Virus record (IMG/VR): IMGVR_UViG_3300020190_000008
Reading direction: 5' to 3' (one strand)
Source of the DNA: a virus
DNA: 64,000 bases
The notes beneath the pieces are model-generated. The model was not told the DNA's origin. It worked only from the letters and a program-made list of their open reading frames with translations, and did no database searches. Below, piece after piece: positions 59,284 to 64,000 of the stretch (positions within the stretch are counted from its first letter, which is position 1; every line of letters begins with the position of its first letter). A program made the position numbers and the translations under genes.

Positions 59284-59613
59284 AAACAACGACTCTTCAG
59301 CTTTCTACTCCCAGCCCCGAGGAATTGTATATAACTTAGCCCATCTCACCGCTGTGTGGGAACTGAAGTTTACTAATGTCTTTTTCTTATGACAAACATA
59401 AACAATATAAATGATATTAACAATAGTGGTGTCATAATTTTTTTAATTTAAAAAAGGTGGAGATTTGAATCCAACGCATGATCACCCATACGCTTCGTTT
59501 CTTTTGTCTTAGGCACTCCACCATTGTAAGTTCTTCTTTGCTTGCGCCCCCATTCACGGACTTCCGATTTCCCAATGGGTTTTACCGTCCTATCGGAGTC
59601 AGGTAACCACTGT

Positions 59614-59717
59614 TGTCAGGACAGGATTCGAACCTGCACGGAATAAGTGTAATATTTACCTTATTCCAAGGAGTCTTGGGTATCTCTCCCAGCGTCTACC
59701 AATTCCGCCACTTGACT
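59614..59717 (-). tRNA. Atypical Leu-type tRNA or pseudo-tRNA with a 12-nt anticodon loop and very long variable arm
   Basis: D arm GCGGAATTGGTAGACGC; GGGAG-AGATACCCAAGA-CTCCT; GGAATAAG...CTTATTCC; GCAGG-TTCGAAT-CCTGT. Confidence 0.6.
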
Positions 59718-59830
59718 GTTTTTTTGTAGTTTAGTAGTTAAATCAAACTCTCGTTTCACTATCTTGATTTAACAGGTTGATACACTTTACGAGTTTCCCG
59801 TTTCTTACAACCACAATGTTTTTCAATATT

Positions 59831-59892
59831 TCAAAGAACCTTTATTCCTTATTTGTCTTACAAAGATATGTAGAATTTTTTAATCTACCAAA
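59831..59892 (-). promoter_or_regulatory. Host-type promoter plus boxA leading the small-RNA cluster
   Basis: TTTG-N20-TATCTTTG (59892-59861); GTTCTTTGA (59839-59831). Confidence 0.7.
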
Positions 59893-59996
59893 TCTTTTTT
59901 AAACTTTTCTTTTCTTGTGTATTTTTTTTTATTACGATACACATTTGGCCTTGTTGCCATCTTAATTTCCTCATATGTAATCTCAATTGTTTTCAT
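59880..59996 (-). CDS. Small basic protein (38 aa; not in the track)
   Basis: MKTIEITYEEIKMATRPNVYRNKKKYTRKEKFKKDLVD; overlaps the stop of the upstream gene. Confidence 0.5.
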   Translation of the reverse strand: MKTIEITYEEIKMATRPNVYRNKKKYTRKEKFKKDLVD

Positions 59997-60288
59997 CGTT
60001 ATATAATCTTTGAACGTGTTTAATTATTCTATTTATATCTTCTTTTGTTTGGTAACCTAGTACATCATTTGTTAATTCTGTATCATAACAAATTTCCCAC
60101 TGATCTTTTGTCCCCTTTAAAATTGCAACTTCAAAAGTATCATCATCTGTATATGATGAATAACGAAAATGCCCCGGAAATTTAAACCTAGCAATCGAAA
60201 GTCCATATCCACCAGGAAAGAAAATCAATCCGTGTAATCCATCACCAACTTTATGTGGTCCAAACTTTATATCATCAAATGTTACCAT
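59983..60288 (-). CDS. Hypothetical phage protein
   Basis: 101 aa; promoter TTTG-N20-TACTTTTG at 60324-60293. Confidence 0.7.
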   Translation of the reverse strand: MVTFDDIKFGPHKVGDGLHGLIFFPGGYGLSIARFKFPGHFRYSSYTDDDTFEVAILKGTKDQWEICYDTELTNDVLGYQTKEDINRIIKHVQRLYNDENN

Positions 60289-60353
60289 AAAACAAAAGTA
60301 TAAATAATTTTTTAATCTACCAAATTTATTTTTTGTATCTTAAGTAGGATTCC

Positions 60354-60854
60354 CTATTTAATTTCAAATGCCGATTTCATATGACGTTTTGTTTTGACTG
60401 CATCTTCAGGGTTACCAATAACAACACCGTCTTTGATTGTAAACGCATGTCCTCTGACCAATACAAAGAAAGTTCCTTTTGGGTTTTTCTTTACAAACGT
60501 ACCAACAGTCATTTGTCTTTTAACTTTTTCACCTTTAACTTTTATTTCATATGAAAGTGAATATGGATAAATTACACTATTACTTTTTGTACCAATAGGG
60601 ATAATTTTTTTATTATTAACTTTGATCACACCTTCAGATAATTTACTCATCTTAGATGCCGTAAAGTAGGTTCCCTTTCTTGGTTCTCTTTTAAACTCCT
60701 CTGCAACATACTTATGTGCATAATCATAAGTAACATCAAACGCCGAAGCAAATGCCCTAACAACACAATCATTTGTTTCTTTTCTTGCGGTTAAAGAATC
60801 ACTATAACCTTTAATCGCACTTCCTGTAGATTCGTATGGTAATTGGTTTTTCAT
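60354..60854 (-). CDS. Hypothetical phage protein (NDCVVRA...GHAF, possible Cys/His dyad)
   Basis: Start MKNQ at 60854, after promoter TTTG-N19-TATATTTG (60889-60859). Confidence 0.7.
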   Translation of the reverse strand: MKNQLPYESTGSAIKGYSDSLTARKETNDCVVRAFASAFDVTYDYAHKYVAEEFKREPRKGTYFTASKMSKLSEGVIKVNNKKIIPIGTKSNSVIYPYSLSYEIKVKGEKVKRQMTVGTFVKKNPKGTFFVLVRGHAFTIKDGVVIGNPEDAVKTKRHMKSAFEIK

Positions 60855-60901
60855 AATACAAATATACAAAAAGTTTTTTGATTGACAAAATTAAAAATTA
60901 A

Positions 60902-60974
60902 CACGTACACAAGGATTTAACCCCTAACCGAACGGGTTGAAGCCGTTTATGCTAAACCATTACACCAGAGACAT
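60902..60974 (-). tRNA. Degenerate tRNA with a UCA (opal-reading) anticodon
   Basis: D arm GTGT-AATGGTTTA-GCAT; AACGG-CT TCA AC-CCGTT; weak T arm TAGGG-GTTAAAT-CCTTG; mismatched acceptor stem. Confidence 0.5.
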
Positions 60975-61041
60975 AGTAGTGCCCGACCTAGCTCGGGACC
61001 GACTTCGGGTTGTACCCACCCAAAGTGTTTTTGAAAAAAAA

Positions 61042-61404
61042 TTAATATTCATCATTTTTTCCACCCCAAACTTCATCGTATTTTGGATTTTCAATCCAGG
61101 TATCTTCTTCACCCAATTTTTCATTTCGTAAGTATTCAATGTATTCTTCCAAACCATCAATTACTTGTTGGATTCTTTCTTTTCTTCCTTTTGGTGTTAT
61201 TTCTTTTTTTAATCTTTTTTCTTGTGAAAGGTATCCAAATTCACCAGATGGTGTAAAAATATTTGCACTATCATAACCAAAGAAGATATCATCCAATTTA
61301 TTTTTCATATCTAACTCTTGTTTGACTTCTTCTTCACTTTCTTTTACAATTCTTTTAATAAGTCTTGTAAGGTCTCTTTCTGTTAGTTTAATTACTTTTT
61401 TCAT
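61042..61404 (-). CDS. Hypothetical protein with an N-terminal LTExDL motif
   Basis: MKKVIKLTERDLTRLIKRIVKES. Confidence 0.75.
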   Translation of the reverse strand: MKKVIKLTERDLTRLIKRIVKESEEEVKQELDMKNKLDDIFFGYDSANIFTPSGEFGYLSQEKRLKKEITPKGRKERIQQVIDGLEEYIEYLRNEKLGEEDTWIENPKYDEVWGGKNDEY

Positions 61405-61432
61405 AATTTTTTATTTATAAATATTATATTAT

Positions 61433-61870
61433 TTAGTATTCCCAACTTTTTTTCTTTTTTGGTTTGTCTGAACAAACAATTGGCTGGTCTACAATGTCCC
61501 ACCTTCGGCTATAAACTTCTTCTGATATTGGCTCTTCTTCTTCGTGTGTTAACATATCATCCAGAATTTCAAATGTTCTTTCTATATTTTCACATATAAA
61601 ATCACTAACTTCTTCTGGTGTAGGACCATCTACTGGAAGTTCGGCTTTAATTCTTTCATCACCATATTCTTCATCAATACAGACAAGGATTGATCCATAT
61701 TGTCTATTTTCCATATCAGTTACTTTATTTCTAGCTACTTTGATTTTACAGGCTTCACCTGTTATTGGGTGGGTGTACTTAATATCTTCTTCGGAATACT
61801 TTTCTTCTTTAAGAATTCTTTTAATTAGACTTATTAATTCAGTTTCAGTTAGTCGTATTCTTTTCTTCAT
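61433..61870 (-). CDS. Hypothetical protein with an N-terminal LTExEL motif
   Basis: MKKRIRLTETELISLIKRILKEE. Confidence 0.75.
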   Translation of the reverse strand: MKKRIRLTETELISLIKRILKEEKYSEEDIKYTHPITGEACKIKVARNKVTDMENRQYGSILVCIDEEYGDERIKAELPVDGPTPEEVSDFICENIERTFEILDDMLTHEEEEPISEEVYSRRWDIVDQPIVCSDKPKKKKSWEY

Positions 61871-61967
61871 AAGAATAAATATCTTGAAGATATGAAAAAT
61901 AATCTTCAGAATTTATAAATTCATTATGTATTTGTTCAAATATATCTTCCATAATATTTTTTTTGTG

Positions 61968-62041
61968 TAGTCCCGCCAGGATTCAAACCTGGAATCTACT
62001 CATTAGAAGTGAGTTGCATTATTCAATTATGCTACGGGACC
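61968..62041 (-). tRNA. tRNA-Arg(UCU)
   Basis: GGTCCCG/CGGGACT acceptor; ACTCA-CT TCT AA-TGAGT; CCAGG-TTTGAAT-CCTGG; CCA not encoded. Confidence 0.9.
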
Positions 62042-62046
62042 GCATA

Positions 62047-62226
62047 TTAAATCTTTTTAACTTGATATTTATGACCAGAATCTGAATTTAATTCAAAAAT
62101 CTCTCTCATTTTTTCTGCTTCTTTTTCGGTATCAAATTCCCAAATTTCACTTTCGCTGTTAAGTAGTATAACTGGAACTCTTTTTTTGTTTTCGTCTAAT
62201 TTGATGTGTTTTACAATTACGTACAT
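62047..62226 (-). CDS. Small hypothetical protein (59 aa; not in the track)
   Basis: MYVIVKHIKLDENKKRVPVILLNSESEIWEFDTEKEAEKMREIFELNSDSGHKYQVKKI. Confidence 0.65.
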   Translation of the reverse strand: MYVIVKHIKLDENKKRVPVILLNSESEIWEFDTEKEAEKMREIFELNSDSGHKYQVKKI

Positions 62227-62266
62227 ATGATTTTTCTATAAAACATAAAAATTAAAACATAATAAA

Positions 62267-64000
62267 TCAAACTCTTAATGAATCTTTACCAATATTAAAA
62301 TCTTTGGTTTCTGAAATTTGTGGTTTTTTATTTACTGAAACACTCTTTGATTTATTCGCTAATGAATTTTTGTCTAATTGTTTTTCTGGTTTGTGGTTTT
62401 GTTTTACTTGACTAATTGGTGGTCTTTCTTTTATTTGTGATTTTGGTTTGTGTTTAACTTCTTCTATTATATAATTCCTAAAAGGTTGTGGTTCAACAGA
62501 TTTATTCTGTAATAAACTTAAAGGTGATATGTTTTTTTCAACCTTTGGTATGTTTGGACTTGTAATGTCTTTTCTTAATGTTGTTACTGTTTGTGTGTTA
62601 AGCATAATATATGGTTCTGTGACCATTTTAATTATTGGTCCGACAGAATTTCGTTGTCTTGCTAATTTTCCATAATGTGCTCTTAATTTTGAACCCATTC
62701 CGGTATCTGGTCTACTTGTTAAACCATTTTTATGTATTCTTCTATAAAAATTAATTTTATTTGTGAACTTAAATTTATATTGTTTTGTTCCATATAATCT
62801 ACCCATAAAATCAGAATCTGCGGCACACATCCAGGGTTCAAACCCGTTCATATAATCAAATATGTCTTTTCTAATTGCGAACACACCTTCACCAACGTGT
62901 TTTTTTGTTTGTGAATTATATGGTTTACCATCGACAAAATTTGTATAATATGGTTTTACACAATCGTGTGTCGTAAGACCCTTAATTGAATCTTCAACCA
63001 TATTTAAATCCATAATATCATCGGAACCAAAGAATAAAATGTTTTTTGATTTTGCTAATTTTGATAAAGTGTTAAATACAATATAAGGTCCGTTGTTCTT
63101 TCCAAAAAAGAAAAATTCAAAATAACCTGGATAACTATGTGATTCGATATGTTCTTTGGATTCAAGGCAAGAATCAATACCAACCAAAACTTGTACTTTC
63201 TTTTCACCAATTGAATTTATAATTGAATTAAAACAATCTTCTAAATATTTTGTGTTTAAATATGTTGATATTATTATTGTAAGTTCATATATGGATGTCG
63301 AATTTATTGAATTTTTTATATTGTATGGCCAACCTAAATCGTTAACACTTAAATTTGTTTTTGTAAAAATATTTGGTTTTGTATCAAAATATGATTCTCT
63401 GGAATGGCTTATGTTATTATGTCCCTGTGTGTCAATACTATCATTATATAGTTTATCGTCAAAATATCTTCTAAAATTTCTAGAAACTTGTTTACAAGAA
63501 ATAACACAATGGTTATATATGTAACCATCAATACCACTTTTAAGTTTAGAAAATGGTAAATTTTTCATATATTCCGTTTTAAGGGACATATTTAAATTTG
63601 TTAATCCTTTGAATTCATATAGAATTACTCTATCACTTATAAAAGAATAAAAATAACCTTTAGTTTGATCATACCAGTCATAATCTTCATTTACTATTTT
63701 TTCATAACTTATTTTAAGTCTTGATTTTGGTGAATAACAATCGGCGGCTTGGAGCATAAAACACTGAGATGTTGGGCTAACATTTTTTCCAATTTCAATC
63801 CATTTTTCAACAAGAGATACTTTTTCTTTTCCACTTATAAATAATATTTTAGAACATCCAACAGATTTTAATTCTTCTATATAATCATATAAAACATTTG
63901 GGAATATTGATTGTTCGTGTTCTTCTTCATATATGATAAGTTCCCAATTAAAATTTATATTTTCTTGTTTTACTAAACTTTCAAGACACACCCATGCTAT
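62267..64000 (-). CDS. Two-domain GT2-like glycosyltransferase, 5' end outside the window
   Basis: LQAADC and FFGSDDIM DxD-like motifs; GFEPWMCAADSDF; frame open to 64000. Confidence 0.75.
   Translation of the reverse strand: MAWVCLESLVKQENINFNWELIIYEEEHEQSIFPNVLYDYIEELKSVGCSKILFISGKEKVSLVEKWIEIGKNVSPTSQCFMLQAADCYSPKSRLKISYEKIVNEDYDWYDQTKGYFYSFISDRVILYEFKGLTNLNMSLKTEYMKNLPFSKLKSGIDGYIYNHCVISCKQVSRNFRRYFDDKLYNDSIDTQGHNNISHSRESYFDTKPNIFTKTNLSVNDLGWPYNIKNSINSTSIYELTIIISTYLNTKYLEDCFNSIINSIGEKKVQVLVGIDSCLESKEHIESHSYPGYFEFFFFGKNNGPYIVFNTLSKLAKSKNILFFGSDDIMDLNMVEDSIKGLTTHDCVKPYYTNFVDGKPYNSQTKKHVGEGVFAIRKDIFDYMNGFEPWMCAADSDFMGRLYGTKQYKFKFTNKINFYRRIHKNGLTSRPDTGMGSKLRAHYGKLARQRNSVGPIIKMVTEPYIMLNTQTVTTLRKDITSPNIPKVEKNISPLSLLQNKSVEPQPFRNYIIEEVKHKPKSQIKERPPISQVKQNHKPEKQLDKNSLANKSKSVSVNKKPQISETKDFNIGKDSLRV

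Noticed and set aside
59290-59305. Hammerhead core CUGAAGA on the minus strand
   Set aside because: No correctly placed stem II followed by GAAA.
59549-59612. HDV-like (theta) ribozyme 3' of the tRNA-like gene
   Set aside because: A pseudoknot and a GAAUGGG end are present, but only 5 nt lie where P3/L3 should be. Kept as an unclassified structured RNA.
59177-61160. ORFs 59177..59392, 60937..61131 and 60960..61160
   Set aside because: They overlap tRNA-like elements or a better-supported gene; MGFEPT is the typical antisense reading of a T arm.
1-64000. Genome-wide stop-codon reassignment
   Set aside because: TGA, TAA and TAG all terminate well-defined genes (for example dut, gmd, phoH and portal end in TGA), and genes are intact under the standard code.

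Overview
AT-rich (about 30% GC by eye) segment of a large T4-like phage genome, most likely a freshwater Bacteroidota (Flavobacteria-like) jumbo phage. The host call rests on TTTG-N19-21-TAnnTTTG promoters, absence of Shine-Dalgarno sequences and a Bacteroidota-type bS21. Left to right the window holds: fibre/virion genes; a free-standing homing endonuclease; a ~14-kb glycosylation cluster (GT2/GT4/GT10/GT11, four FkbM-type methyltransferases, gmd, fcl) with exonuclease, dUTPase and PhoH; a gp55-like late sigma factor; a gp5-like spike; the head module (gp23, gp22-like, gp21, gp20, gp17) with an embedded bS21 gene; a nucleotidyltransferase/KTSC/UVR/ClpC/peptidase block; a tmRNA; a ~850-nt structured ncRNA (GOLLD-like candidate); a cluster of tRNA-like and pseudoknotted small RNAs; a degenerate tRNA with a UCA anticodon; tRNA-Arg; and a partial glycosyltransferase. 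The most striking signal is an in-frame TGA flanked by Gly codons (GGC-TGA-GGT) inside a 13-bp GC-rich hairpin near the start of a glycosyltransferase whose ATG overlaps the homing endonuclease stop. This resembles a miniature T4 gene 60/mobA bypass cassette. Other leads are boxA-led ncRNA transcription units, a tmRNA with a non-standard tag near an N-domain-less ClpC and a UVR protein, a TATTTAT late-promoter motif, and a shared LxE helical motif that may mark head cargo. All family calls come from motif recognition without database searches.
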